Source: Calcarisporiella thermophila CBS 279.70 (taxonomy: Eukaryota; Fungi; Calcarisporiellomycota). Taken from it: a DNA stretch of 64,000 nt. Under the pieces are notes generated by a model. It searched no databases. It saw only the letters and a program-made list of their open reading frames with translations, and had not been told where the DNA came from. The position numbers were made by a program, and so were the translations under genes. Positions 1 through 12,616 of this stretch are shown here, piece after piece (position 1 is the stretch's first letter; every line of letters starts with the position of its first letter). Location: contig NW_027192191.1 of the NCBI RefSeq assembly GCF_041956535.1, forward strand, positions 193,702 to 257,701, in the 5' to 3' direction.

Positions 1-448
1 GTGAACCACCTATGGATAAAAATGAGGCGTATCCAATATTAACCAGAGACGGGAGCTAGGCATGAGCAATCGTGATGAATTACCGCATCCCACACCAAAA
101 TGAATTGGAAAACCTGTGAAAACACGAATATAATCAGGTAGACCGGAATGCCCCTGCCGGGTGAGTAAGGAATGTATTGGGATATTCTATTGAGGGTTGA
201 GGCGTTATCAGTGAGTAAAAATAAGTGGGGAAAATGGAAGCGGAAGAATCGTGTTTACACTGCTCGTTGATAATCGGTGTAAATGAGAGACTCCAAAACG
301 ATAACTATTAAAGCTTCACAAAACACTATGCCTAATGTTAGGCGTGAGAAGAACGAAGATGGTAAAAACTAGAGCGAAAATAAATTCAAGTCATGGAGAG
401 CCGATCAGTAAGAATGCCAAAAGATAGGCCTACCCGTCTTAGTTGCAT
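1..448 (-). CDS. UPF0658-family multi-pass membrane protein, 5' part (runs off the left edge)
   Basis: Hand-spliced exons 448-434, 368-259, 186-84 and 9-1, all GT-AG and in phase, give MQLRRFLPSSFFSRLTLGIVFCEALIVIVLESLIYTDYQRAVISQYIPYSPGRGIPVYLIIFVFSQVFQFILVWDAVVH. The GIPVYLxIFxFxQxFQxxLxWDA motif is typical of this fungal family. Not in the ORF track. Confidence 0.7.
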
Positions 449-1520
449 CACCAGCGAGTTCTGCGAATGGATATGCAGGCGGAAACAAAGAAGAGAAGAA
501 GCACCAATGCTTCCTAAACGATGATATGATAAAGCGAATGGGAGGAGAGTTGCGATCAATAAAGACTGAAAACCCTGTGCTTCTTTTTTTAAAATATTCT
601 AATGACGGCTTCTGCCATAGAGGCTTAAAATGGCTTCTTATTCGTGCGAAGCCAAATTCTTTGATCCGGCGGAGATTGGGCCGCCTAATGGATCCTGCTG
701 ACAGCTTTTTGAGCCCAACTTTCTCTCACCAAACTCTATCCCCTCCTCCCTGCTTTCCCCGCAAAGAGCTTAGAGAGAGCGGTGTGACTGCCGTCCCCTC
801 GACTCCCTCTCACCGTTAGAGCTTGTTGCTGAATGATTCAGCCAACCCGTTCTTTCATGAATTTCGTCTTGGATTCTGACAGCTGTCAGCCTGGTTCTCG
901 TGAGTTGGAATAGGAGGCATCAAAGAGGGTGGCGAGGATATGGGGTCCCAGCCTTGCCGCGCTGATGGCTGATAACGGCATTTTGGAAAAAATTTGGCCG
1001 GTGTAGAGAGGCTTGGAAAACCTGCCGTCTTCCGGATACATTCCGATGCAATTCAATTTTGTATTTGTCAAATTGCAGAGCAGAAGGACAGTTCTCTGTG
1101 GCAAGTCCCTTTCTTTCAATATGGGACTAAGGGCCGAGAGCCTTGATTTTAACAAGGTAAAGCCACCGCAATATTTGTTTACCTAGCTGCATTGCTATCT
1201 GGCACTGTAATGAAAGTATCTCAAGCATTTTGATTTGAACTATCACACTTGAAACATTTAGTGCGGGCCAGAAACATGGTTGCAAACGCGTAGACAAGAC
1301 CTCTTTATATAAAGGGGAAAGGGAAATATAAAAGTAAGGAAACCAAATGGGGGGGGGGGGAGATATAGTATTTAAATAATGCAACGAGAAAAAAAAATAA
1401 CAACAAAATGTAACACCTCGTTAGAAGAATACAAAGGGGGGATAACGAGAAATTAAATAATTTTACATATGTAGAGAGAGAGCCCATCCTGACCCATCTT
1501 AATACAATTTAATCAATCTC

Positions 1521-2889
1521 CTAGTCCGTCAGCGCCAGCTCATTCTCACTGCCACTACTGCTGGCGCCACAACAGCCACCACCAATGACGGCCAGAGCCG
1601 GGAAGAGGTGCTGCGGAATTCCACTCTTTCCGTGGGCCTCTTGCTCTAGACCCACTCGCAGTTCCATTGTCGCCACCTTGTCTCGTAGTGCTGCGGTTTG
1701 CTTCTCTAGCTGCTTGATATAACCGACCGCCTTGCTCAGCACCACGCTTTTGGAGTAGTTTGCGTCCCGCAAAGCGGGGACGATCTCGGTCAGTTCTGAA
1801 TAGCCTAGGCGAATGGCATTCCGCCGCTTCTGTTCGGAGGCTATGTGGTTGGCGCGTTTTTCGTCTTCCGTGAGAAGCTCCCGAGCCATGCCTTGGCTGC
1901 TGTTCTTTCTTGTGGACGCGGACGGTCTTCTCTTGGAGTGTTCGGCAGGAGGGTTGGCTTCTGGGGACTGTCGTGAGTTGAGCGAGAGCTTGCGAGCGCG
2001 AGTTGGAGAGGTGGGCATGGTCGAGCCACCTTTACGCTTTGCACAGGATTGTGTTCTTGACTGTGTTCTTGTAAGGTTGCAGTCCTCTCGCGCCGCCTCC
2101 ACGCTTCCCAGTTGCAGCATTTCTACTTCTTCTTCCTCTGCTTCCTCCTCCTCCTCCTCCTCTTCCTCCACTTCCTTCTCCTCCTCCTTCCCGCCTACCT
2201 CTCCTGGATATAGGCACGTCTCTCCAAGCGATATTACAGAGGGTAATCCAAACAAGTTTTCGAATTCTTCTCCCAGCGGCGACACTTCCAACCCGGGCGA
2301 ATTCATATTCGGAGGGGTAGGCAGTAGGGAGGATGCGGAATTCGACAGTTCTGAGGTTAGGGGGGAGGGGGCGAGGGGGGCGAAATCGGGAGAACAGGCA
2401 TATCCGGGAGTGAGAAATCGAACACAAAGTCTTGGTCCACGTCAACCTGGTTGAGAAATTCGGAGAACCAGCGCTGCTCGCTGTCGTTCAGAAGTTCGTT
2501 GTTGGGATGCTGGGGATCGGGTGCTAGTGAGGGGGAGTTGGGGATGACCATGAAATTGTCGGAGGAGAAATTGGAAGGCATCTTTGATTCTAATGAGAGG
2601 AGAAAGAGATAAGAGAAAAGGTTTAGCCCGTGGGAGCTTTCGGCAAGACAATGGTTGGCAGTCTGGAGAGCTCACCATCGATTTCCATGGCCTCCGCCGA
2701 ATTCGAGAATCCAGCACTCGAATCGATTGTGGCATTTTTGGTGAAGTCCTTCAGCATGTCGGAGACCGGGGACGGCGGCCGCATGGAGGCGAGGGAGAGC
2801 GACCATGTGCTGTCGCCCATAATGGGTCTGTGATCGGATGGGGTATCGTGGGGAATGGTGATGCTTGCAACGGATGCTGACGGAGACAT
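1521..2889 (-). CDS. bHLH-ZIP transcription factor (Ino4/MLX-like), with an apparent 1-nt frameshift near 2360-2380
   Basis: C-terminal bHLH EKRANHIASEQKRRNAIRLGYSELTEIVPAL...SKSVVLSKAVGYIKQLE followed by a coiled coil; poly-Glu tract. ATG at 2889; intron 2675-2590 (GTGAG...TAG) joins MEIDE to SKMPSNF in frame. Confidence 0.8.
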
Positions 2890-3637
2890 CGTACAGCTAT
2901 GTGTGAGACCGCAATGCGAATGGAAAGAGGAGCCGGGGTTGTTCTGAGACAAGCGCTATAGTCGGGGAAGGAGGCTTCGAATAACCATACACAATTTAGA
3001 AATAGAGGGACAATGGCGAGCGAGGCCGAGTTTGTAATGCGGATAGCAGGCGCGAGGGGGAGGGGGGAAAGCAAGCGAACAGGCGTAGTGAGAAAAGACG
3101 AGCGGGGGGGGGAAAGAGAGAGAGGGGAAGGGGGCGGTTTAAGAATAGGAAAAAGGAAAAAGCGAAATAAGGTGGAGTTTGGAAAAGGACAAGAAATAGA
3201 AGGAGGAAAGACGCAAGGCGATTGGAGGAAAAAAATTGGAGTAATGAGAGAAACAGGCGGCTGTCTCCACAGTTTAGCATGCACCGTGTGCGACGGCCAT
3301 CCAAGGGAAGGAACCCCGCCCCCCTCCTCCTCAGTGCAGAAGCTTGCGGCCCAAAACGGCAAAGTGATGTTCCTCGTGAACGGGGAAAACTGTATCCAAA
3401 ATCGGTCGCAACAAGCGAATTTATCATGAGTTTGTCAAACTATGTTATTCACCCGAATTTCCAAATTAACCGCGATTCCATTGCTCGCTGCGCTGCGCGG
3501 CATCACAAGCCACCACGCTTTCCTCTCAGCAGGGCCTGTGGATCCGCCGTCGGGCTTCCCCGCCCGTCCCGAGAGCCGTTCCGCACGATCAATCTGACTC
3601 CCGGCCTTTCTCCACATTCTCGCCTGGGATTCTGGGC

Positions 3638-3660
3638 CCGCCGCCGCCGCCGCCGCCGCC
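3638..3660. repeat. (CCG)7 microsatellite
   Basis: Direct reading: ccgccgccg... in the intergenic region between the bHLH gene and RPL31. Confidence 0.9.
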
Positions 3661-4161
3661 CCCGCCGACGCCCTCCCCTTCCTCCCCCTCGGTTTCAGAC
3701 GCCCTTGCCTCTATCGTGTAAAACTCCCCTAAGCAGGAGTTGGGGGCCCCGCGGAATCGTTCGGAACCGTGCGTCTTGAGTCTTTAGGGCCAAACACAAG
3801 GTGGTCATCATCATGCCGTAGCTGCTAGCCCCCATTGGAATTTGATTCAATCCCAAGACAGAGGTGCGCAGAGGAACTGACATTTTTAATTTTGCAAAAG
3901 CGTGCACCGCTATCCCTCCTTTAGTCATTTTGTTTCAGGGCAGAATTAAAATCCAATCTTAGTCATGGGCCCCTCTAGATCCATTTCGAATCGGCCAAGC
4001 CACGGGTTTCAGAAGCGTCTGATCCGCACAGTCTCGCCTTCATCATCAACAAAGAAAATTGGGAGGGGCGGAGGAAGAGATTCCTCCTCTTTTCGCGTTT
4101 GCCTTGTAGCATCCCCTTGTTTTTAGATTCTTTTTGAAGAATTAAAACATCACGTAAGTAG

Positions 4162-4190
4162 TCCATCCATCCATCCGTCCATCCATCCAT
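4162..4190. repeat. Imperfect (TCCA)n microsatellite
   Basis: tccatccatccatccgtccatccatccat upstream of RPL31. Confidence 0.85.
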
Positions 4191-4384
4191 GCGCCCGCCC
4201 AGAGTGGATGCCCGTTACTCTGCCCGATGCCGCTGGGGCAGGAGCTTGTCCTGGGGCAGCCGTGAGATGAGATGGGGGGATCTGCAGAGAATGGCATCCT
4301 GCGAGGCGCCTTTGGGGCTATTGGCCCAATCCCGAACTGTTTTCTCTAGAATAGATCGCTGATCGCTGTTCCCCTTTATGTAGA

Positions 4385-4958
4385 ATGGCCAAGGACAAGA
4401 AGACCACGCAAAAGCGCTCGACCATCGCTGACGTTGTCACTCGCGAATACACCATCCATCTGCACAAGCACCTCCATGGCAGGTGAGCTCTCGATTTCCT
4501 CCATTCTTCTGCATGCGCCGCTGCTTTTGCTCCCCCCCCCGTTTTCTGCGATGGCCATGGCGCGCAACCAGTTCCTTATTTAATGCCGATCTGTCTTGAT
4601 TTTTGTAGGAGCTTCAAGAAACGCGCTCCCGCCGCCGTCAAGGCCATCAAGCAGTTCGCCTCCAAGACGATGGGCACCAACGATGTCCGCCTGGATCCCT
4701 CGCTCAACAAGGAGCTCTGGTCGCACGGTGTTCGCAATGTCCAGCACCGCATTCGTGTGCGCATCTCTCGCAAGCGCAATGACGAAGAGGACGCCAAGGA
4801 GAAACTCTACTCGTATGTTACCTATGTGCCAGTGACGTCCTTCAAGGGTAAGCATCTTTGGGATTAGGTTTTCGCCAAACAAAAAAAAACATTCGGCCGG
4901 TACTAATATGGTTCTTTTGGCGTGGTTAGGTCTTCAAACTGAGGTTGTTGAGGATTAG
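4385..4958 (+). CDS. RPL31: 60S ribosomal protein L31 (eL31)
   Basis: Exons 4385-4482, 4609-4847 and 4930-4958 give [50 protein letters not shown]...[42 protein letters not shown]. Confidence 0.98.
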
Positions 4959-5637
4959 GTTCTTTTTATTTTGCTTTTTGTGTTGCTTTATATTGCTTTT
5001 ATTTTATAAAAAAAGAGATACAATCCATAATGCTAGGATGCAAGCAAGAAAACAAGGGATGGGTTTATCGCCCCAATCCTTTGGTTCAAAGTTTTTTTTT
5101 TCCCAAACGTTAAAAGTGCCCGAATTGGAGGCGGCCTCCAGAGCTGCGCTGAGGGGGGAAGAGAAGCGGCGATTAGGTTGGGGGATTGCACAGTGAGTCA
5201 GATCTAGAACAAGAAATAAAGCTCTTCTCTGGCTCCGTCACTCTGTGCCGAGCGACCTAAAAAGCCCAAGCTCGGGCCACCTCTATTCCGCCTTATTTGG
5301 GGCAGCGCACAGCAAAATTTAGTCAGTTTGCGGAGGTGAGGAGCGCAGGAAAAAAAATTCAATAAAGCCACGACTCTACTTTTTGTTCTCCCGTTCTCCC
5401 GTTCTCCCGTGCTCCTCCTCTCCTCCGGTCTTGATCTCTCGTTAATCCTCTCCTGCTTTTATGCTTCTTCCCCTCTCCGCTGCGCCCTCCTCGTTCTCGG
5501 AACCCCCTGCTTTGCATCCACGCCTCACAGCCTCTCTCAGCTACTCTAGTGTAGGTCGGCTAGGAAGATCTACAAAGACTCCCGAGTATCCCCTAGCTAC
5601 GCATCATTAGTTCGCGCCAAACCCTCAGTCAGGCATC

Positions 5638-7083
5638 ATGTCTATCACACTCCTCCCTGCGCGGGTCCAGCTACTCTCTGTTCCCACCTCCGATCTCCCG
5701 CTTCTTGTCCGCAGCATTATAAAGCATGTGTTTCCGCATCACTTCGGATCCTCTTGCTCCGGCTCATCGCCCGATGCCTTCTTCAGCTACACCGACACAG
5801 GGACTGAGGTCTCCATTATCGCCGAAGTGGAGGCCATGCAGGCCGATTTCGCACCCCTTGTGGGCAGAGTCGCGGCACGTATAACAGAGGATGTGTTCAG
5901 AGTGTTGCAGGTGGAGGACACATCGGGCATTGGTAAGTGGCCATGGCGCTTAGTTGTGTTTATCATTAATTGGAATGAAGTACCCCCCCCCCCTTTTTTC
6001 CGCCAAAGCCTTGGATTGCCCTCTTTCTTTTCTCACCTGTTGCCTTGATATATTTTTAGAGGCTTCGGGGAGCCGCATTGATGATCTATCTCGGATACTT
6101 TCACAAGCTGCCATTACCATGGTGTACACGAGTACACACCAATCCGACTTTATCTTGGTAAGAATGAAGCCTAAGCAGAGGAATTGCATTGGTCTCATGG
6201 GTGCCAACGCATTATGTAGGTCAAGGAATCTCGCGTCGATTTTGTGCTTCAGACCCTCAACCAGAGTGGCTTCTCGATATCGAATACCCCGCCTTACTTC
6301 CACGAACAAACTCGGGCGTCCGCATCGCTTGCTTCCTCTCCTGGCAGGTAAATCGCTTTCCCCTTACCCCCATTGCCTTCCCCTATCTCTTTAATCCTTA
6401 ACTTATTGGCGCTTTCCAGCTTCGACTACTCTGACCGCTTGATGCATCCAAATCCCCCTGAGCCAGATGATCAGCGCGAGCTGGTTTCCCGGAGCATGAC
6501 GTTGCGCGCACTCAACTGCCGGTTGCGTCAAGTCGGCCTGAATCACGAGTACGTGGACGAGTGCGCATTGAAACTGATCAAGATCATGTTTTATCCCCAA
6601 GAGGGGCTCGATGCGACCCGAGAGTAAGTTAGCCGGCTTCATCCATTGGTCCCTGGGATCCTAACCCCCCCCCCCCCTCTCCCTTAGGCAAGACCGCTTC
6701 TTTTCCTTCACCTCCTCCATCGAAGGAATCTCGTTGCTTCTTGACGAACGTCACCTCTCCGAGTTCGAGCCGCATATGCTGCAATCCCTGGTCATACCCA
6801 TCACGCTGCGATGCATCCAATTGGTGTTTGCGGAGAATTATTATCTTGGTACGTATCTTCCTGCTCCTTGGAAAGCATCTGGGTTTGCCTCACCCATCCT
6901 GGCCTCTCTTCCCACTCCCTAGACAAATACGGAGTGGTCTACAGTGTGTCGCATCCTTTGGTTGCTTCTGGAATCAACTTGCTCTACGTGTCCACCTATT
7001 GCTCCGCGAATGTGGTGGTAGAGGAGGAGGACATGGACCGCACCCTCGCCCTGCTAAGTGACGTGGTGCCCGCAAGTGATTAG
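5638..7083 (+). CDS. CASTOR/GATS-like tandem ACT-domain protein
   Basis: Multi-exon. Two internally repeated units: FFSYTDTGTEVSII...LSQAAITMVYTSTHQSDFILV and FFSFTSSIEGISLLLD...PLVASGINLLYVSTYCSANVVV, typical of CASTOR-type ACT repeats. Confidence 0.8.
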
Positions 7084-7441
7084 GGTGGGATTTGAAGAAT
7101 TCTGGACCTTCCGAAACAAAAAAAAAATTCCGATTTTTATTATCTTTATTGACACTATATATTTTCTCTTCTCTTCTCTCCTCTTCTCTTCTCCACTTAT
7201 TTCTTTACTCCATACCACTTAAAACTTATTTTGGCTTCTCTCTCTCCCTCCTCTCTATAGTCGCGATATTTCCTTCTCCTCCATCCTCTCTTTTTTGATG
7301 TTACTGTTAAACACTGTTGTTACTGTTTTATGTCTTTTATTTTTGCTGCGCTGTATTTGAAAAAAGCTATTTCATATATAAATATATATATTCTTTAACA
7401 GAGGGATTCTCAAGTTGTTGAAGCGAGACGGTCCACGGACG

Positions 7442-8208
7442 TTATTGGCGGGGGGTCACGCTTGGTGAGCGGTGAACTTCGTAATAGAGTATTGCAGAAT
7501 CTGGGGCCACTATGGCAAGAGTGATGCTATCATAGGCAGGGGAAGTTGGTCAGAGTGAACTTGGAAAGGTTAGCCGGTCTATTCAATGGGTTACCATTGG
7601 GCCTCCACAACTCCCTCTAGTGCTGCAAAGAGCTCTGCGAATCTAAATGGACACACACTCGATATAGATGGGTACTAAACAATAAAGATGAGGGAGAGGA
7701 GACTCACCTGGCCATGCTCCACTTTTCTGAGGCCAGGGTCGGCACGAATATCCGACGCTCTTCCCCCGCTTCCTCCCCCTCCTCCTATTGTCAAGTCAAA
7801 ACATTCAGGGATCAGCGATTCCGGAGTAACCAGACACCCGGTGAATCAAGCAAGCCCCACTCTGCTTCTAGTCCCAATTAGGACACTTCGACCCAACGCT
7901 GGCAATTCCATCGCCTGCACTTGCTGCCATGCCTTGCCTTATGGATTTGGACTTGAGCCATTAGAGACACGGGAAAGCAGCAGAAATGCATCAGAATGCT
8001 TATGCTTACGCAGGGTTAAATCGTTCTTGATATGCGAGAGAATATTGGAATCGGTGGAACTGCTCTCGAGTTTCTCCCTCTCCTTTAAGGAGGGTGCCAA
8101 TAATGGGTTTGCGCAAGAAAAACAAATTTAATGGTGGGAAAGCGTGCTGTGGTTCCAGCAGTGCAAAAAGCATCGTCGATAGCTCACCTCTTCTCGTGCA
8201 TTCTTCAT
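7442..8208 (-). CDS. SEN15: tRNA-splicing endonuclease subunit Sen15
   Basis: Six in-phase exons (8208-8188, 8082-8010, 7937-7861, 7784-7708, 7642-7595, 7526-7442), 126 aa: ...IKNDLTLRKAWQQVQAMELPALGRSVLIG...IFVPTLASEKWSMARFAELFAAL...CITLAIVAPDSAILYYEVH. The LAIVxxDSxIxYY C-terminus is the Sen15 signature. Not in the ORF track. Confidence 0.85.
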
Positions 8209-8536
8209 CAAGGTATTTTACACTGATAGAAATACCGTGCAAACAATAGGTTCACGAGCAGTGCAATTCACACTAGTAGACAACAGTACGATTAGCAATT
8301 GAGGACAAGTAGTAGGCCTTTCTCATGCTATCGCACGCCACGACTTCAAACACGAGACTGGGCCGAGTGATGGACAGCTCAAAAGGTTTGTAAAAATAGC
8401 AGAAGATTAAGGTGAGCACCAATCTTTGATGCAAGCAACTATGATTAAAAAAAGGAAAATCCAATAACAAGAGTAAAATTAAGAAAGCACCTGTGACGCT
8501 TTTTTTTTTTTTCATGCTCCATTTCTTCGGTTCGCA

Positions 8537-10011
8537 ATGAACACGTACAAAAAGGAGAAGGAGGAATGGGTCACCGGGCATAATGGTGGCCCCCTTTGGG
8601 AAATCTCCCTGGTGATAGCTACTCTGCTTGTTCGTTACCCATTTTACTGTATCGAGATGCGTTTCCTCAACTGATGCCCTCCTTTTTTTGTGTAGACATC
8701 CCAGCTCCTCTGGTATTCCTTGTATCATCGGCAGCACGCCCCTTCTTCCTTTTTCATCGAGTTTCTTATCTTCGCGATCCCCCAGCTCTTAGCACAAACC
8801 ATTCTTGCCGATCATACCTTGGCCATCAACCTTTCCCACATTCTTGCCTCCGGTCTTGTATTTGCGCTCTCCACTTCTTCACGCGCTCAGGCCCCAAAGA
8901 AAGAATCGAAACGCACTGACCCCAGCATTGGGCTGCGTAGGGATTACATTTCCGTGTATCGTGCCGGAATGATGTTAATGACATGCGCCGCCATTCTTGC
9001 GGTTGATTTTACCATCTTCCCCCGGCGATTTGCCAAAACGGAAACTTGGGGAGTCTCATTGATGGATCTGGGGGTTGGCTCATTCGTGTTCTCCTCGGGG
9101 GTCGTGTCCGCACGTGTGTATCTCAAACCACAATCCTTTGGCAAAAGGATGTGGAAGGCCATCCAGAGCGGACTGGCCTTGTTGGGAATGGGGGCCGCAA
9201 GACTGGCCATGGTCAAGGGGGTGGAATACCAAGAGCACGTGACGGAGTATGGCGTCCACTGGAACTTCTTTTTCACGCTGGGTTTTCTCCCTCCGTTTGT
9301 GACAGGTTTCGCCGCCATCCGTCGGTACGTGAGGTTCGCCGTCGTTGGGCTGCTGGTGGCTGTTGGGTATCAATACGCGCTCTCCAAAGGTCTGCAAGCA
9401 TTTGTGCTCGATGCCCCGCGAACCGACCTGATCAGTATGAACAAGGAGGGTATCTGCAGTTTTACTGGCTATTTGGCCATCTTTCTCATCGCGCTAGAAG
9501 TGGGCACCCTGGTGTTCGAGAATCAAGGCAGCGGAGATCTCAAGCCAGTGTGGGCCATGGCGGTGGGGTTATGGATCTTGTTTGGAGGGAGCTGGAGAGT
9601 GCTCCACATAGATATATCTCGGAGAATGGTAGGCCTGCCTCTCCCCTCGCTGGGGAAAAGGGAAAAAACCAGCAAGCCATGCTAACCGGCTCTTTTCGCC
9701 TGTAGGCCAACCTATCGTATGTGCTCTGTACAGCCGCCCTTAATACCACCATGATTCTTCTCTTTGCGCAGGTCGAGAGGCTCTCTCCCCACGCACTTCA
9801 AAAGACACCTCGGCTGCTCTCGGCCCTGAACGCCAACGGGCTTGCGGTGTTTCTGGTGGCCAATGTGATGACGGGCCTGGTGAATTTCTCCATCCATACC
9901 CTCCGCACCCCTCCGCTGCAGGCCTACTGGGTCCTCGTTGGGTATTTGGGGGCGGTGTGTGGACTGGCGTGGTGGTGGCAACAGAAGGGGTGGAGATTAC
10001 GGATTGGTTAA
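8537..10011 (+). CDS. GWT1: GPI inositol acyltransferase (GWT1/PIG-W)
   Basis: N-terminus MNTYKKEKEEWVTGHNGG; motifs AILAVDFTIFPRRFAKTETWGVSLMDLGVGSFVFSSG, YQEHVTEYGVHWNFFFTLG, SRRMANLSYVL and NGLAVFLVANVMTGLVN; two introns. Confidence 0.96.
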
Positions 10012-10386
10012 CTGTTTTGTACTCGCGCATCCCCTAGAAATACATCTTCACTCTTGGTTTGTGCCTCCGGCGCAAACACTCGCCTTCACCCCCTTCCTGT
10101 GTCTCAGCTGCTTTGTGTGTGAGGAATAAGAGAGAGCAAGCGGGGTCCATTGGTCATGTATAAATAGAAACAGGATAAAAAAAAAGAAATACAGTCATCC
10201 AAAAAGAAAAGTTAAAAATAAAAAGAACCAGAATGGGCTTTTGATAGAAAAAAAAAAGGTAGCATCAGAATATATGGCGAATGTGGCGAATATAGTCTAT
10301 ACAAACGAATCCATGGAAGAGAAAAAAAGTAATCAAAGCTCTAAAAGAAAAAAAAAACAATACAATGAACAATAAATTACAGATGC

Positions 10387-12373
10387 TCATATCCGACCCT
10401 GCGTCGTGTCCACCACGACTTCATCGCCCCCCTCATCTTCCACCACGTCCCGGGCAGGCCCCTCCAACAGGTCGCTGTCGCGCACCTTGTGGCCGTTGAT
10501 CATCACCCACGCGTGGTCCCGCGAGAGCGGAACCACCATCAGATAGCCAAGCAGCACCATATAGGCCATCCCGAACCCCAGGCCCATCCAACGATTGGGT
10601 AACTCCTCGAGGAACACCCCCAGCAAATAGATATTGGACGCGGTTAGCAGGGCAGCCACCAGCCACGCAATGATCTTGACAAGCGGCCGCATGCGGAAAT
10701 CTCCCATCACCTCGGAGTCGGAGATGCGAAGCAGCGGGATCAGCGTGACGGGAAGGCAGACGCTCTGCAGCACGTTGAGAAGTTCGCCCATCATGTCCAT
10801 GTGCTGAACGGCAAGAACGGCCACGAGCATCGACGGTACTAGGGCAATGGAGCGCGTTACGGCAAGCCGCTGCCACGCGCTGCTGAAGATGCGCCCAAAG
10901 AACCCTTCCATCACGTACCTAAATGAATGCACAGACAAGACGTCAGTGGTCGCGCAGATTATCTAGGCTTGACGGGGGGAAGGGGGGAGTAGTGGACGGC
11001 TGCTGATGCCCCTCCCCCATTCTCCCAGAATTAGGATGCATTTACCCTCCTGCTATGGTGCCCGCCATGGTCGAGCTCTGCCCTGCGGCCAAGAGGCCCA
11101 GCGCAAAAAGATAGCGTGCCCAACCCCCAAGCGTGCGGGTCAGCACGTCCGACGCATCGTACAGGCCGGGCATGGGCTTCTCCTCGTCCGGGGAGTAGTA
11201 CACCTGCGCGAACACCACCACCAGGGCCAGGTTGATGAGGAACGAGGCGAGGAGGGCGAGGGCCGACTCGATGAAGAAGTAGAAGTTCGCCTCCTTGATC
11301 TTGGGGATGCTGCGGGCCGAACGGTCTCCGACCCGGCGCGACATCACCAGCGCGCTGTGGAGATAGGACGAGTGCGGCATGATCACGGCACCCAGCATGG
11401 CAACCGCCTGCACGATGGACTTGTCGGGAAGCGTGGGCTTGAGGGTGCCCTCCAGAATGGCCCCCAGATTCGGGCGACTCTGCACCATCTCCACCCAGAA
11501 GCACGTCGCCATCACGCTAATCAAAAGCATGAAGAATGCTTCGAGCTTTCGTACGCCAAAATGCTGCAGCATCATGAAGACGCAGCTGTCCAGTGCCGTG
11601 AGCAGAGTGCCGACCCAGAGTGGAAGCCCGAAGATAATGCGAAGCGCGATGGCCGTTCCAATGATCTCCTGTATATCCGAGCCAATAATGGCAATTTCGG
11701 CGATGAACCAGAGGAGCGGCGAGATAAATGGGTAGTGCGCACGCATTTGCTGAGCAAGATGCTTGCCAGTCACGACGCCAAGGCGCGCCGAGAGGCATTG
11801 AATAAGCAATCCTGCAGCGTGAGCCCAAAATAGCAGCCATAGCTAATAGCAAGAGTTAGGCGGGATCGACACTCCATGGTGGGGTGGATGGCATCATGAG
11901 GGGAAACATACCAGTTTATATCCAGCCGATGCTCCGGATTGTAAATCTGCTTCGAGATTGCTGTTAGATAGACATATTGGTATGAGTCACCAAATAGGCA
12001 ATCGAATGTGGCTATTGAAAATGTAAAAAGAAGGCGCTGGACAGCAACACTCACCCAGGATCGATGTAGGCAATGCTCATTAACCAGCCTAATGGAGGAT
12101 TCATGCATTCATCTCATAAGCCTTACGAATTGGAATGCTTCACCAAAAATCGCAAATCATCTACTCACCGGGGCCAGTGTACTTGATCAGCTTGCGTAGG
12201 GAAAATCCCGACTCCACCTCACCCGTGTCCACCTCGGCATAGACAGCGGCATGGCCCTCATCGAGAGTAATCCGCAAATCCTTGTTGGCAGGCCGGTCAT
12301 TGCTACTCCCATAAGTATTGTTGATATGGGCCTGCAGTAGAGGGCTCCGAGCATTATTGGTAGAATCCTCCAT
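10387..12373 (-). CDS. Nramp (SLC11/Smf-type) divalent metal transporter
   Basis: Spliced [27 protein letters not shown] (TM1 DPGN), LSARLGVVTGKHLAQ, GAVIMPHSSYLHSAL (TM6) and GLLAAGQSSTMAGT. Confidence 0.95.
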
Positions 12374-12616
12374 AATCTTCAAAGCTAGAGGGGAGAGAGG
12401 GGGGGGGGGGATCTCTCAGTAGATGGGGGACAGGAGGGAAATACGGACAAAAATGGAGTCTCCCCCGATTAGTCCCGATTTTGTAAATGCAGGGTCCAAT
12501 TTGGGGATAGGTTTTATTACAATCTTGAAAGGCCAACATGTATCTCTCCCAAGGTTGGGTTCACATTCAGCCCTGAAATTGAAAGGGCTGGAGGCCATGG
12601 AAAAGTCTGAAGTTGA

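Noticed and set aside
781-1155. ORF 886-1155 (-) followed by further in-frame TGA codons, considered as a selenoprotein or readthrough candidate
   Set aside because: No recognisable family, no redox motif around the TGAs and no convincing SECIS; probably non-coding.
1813-2454. Long antisense ORFs over GC-rich genes (also 11006-11833, 28762-29130 and others)
   Set aside because: Shadow frames of real genes with GC-rich codon usage; no independent domain signal.
2751-3779. Several 140-200 aa ORFs upstream of the bHLH gene
   Set aside because: Low-complexity purine/pyrimidine-biased leader and promoter DNA; translations are compositionally biased.
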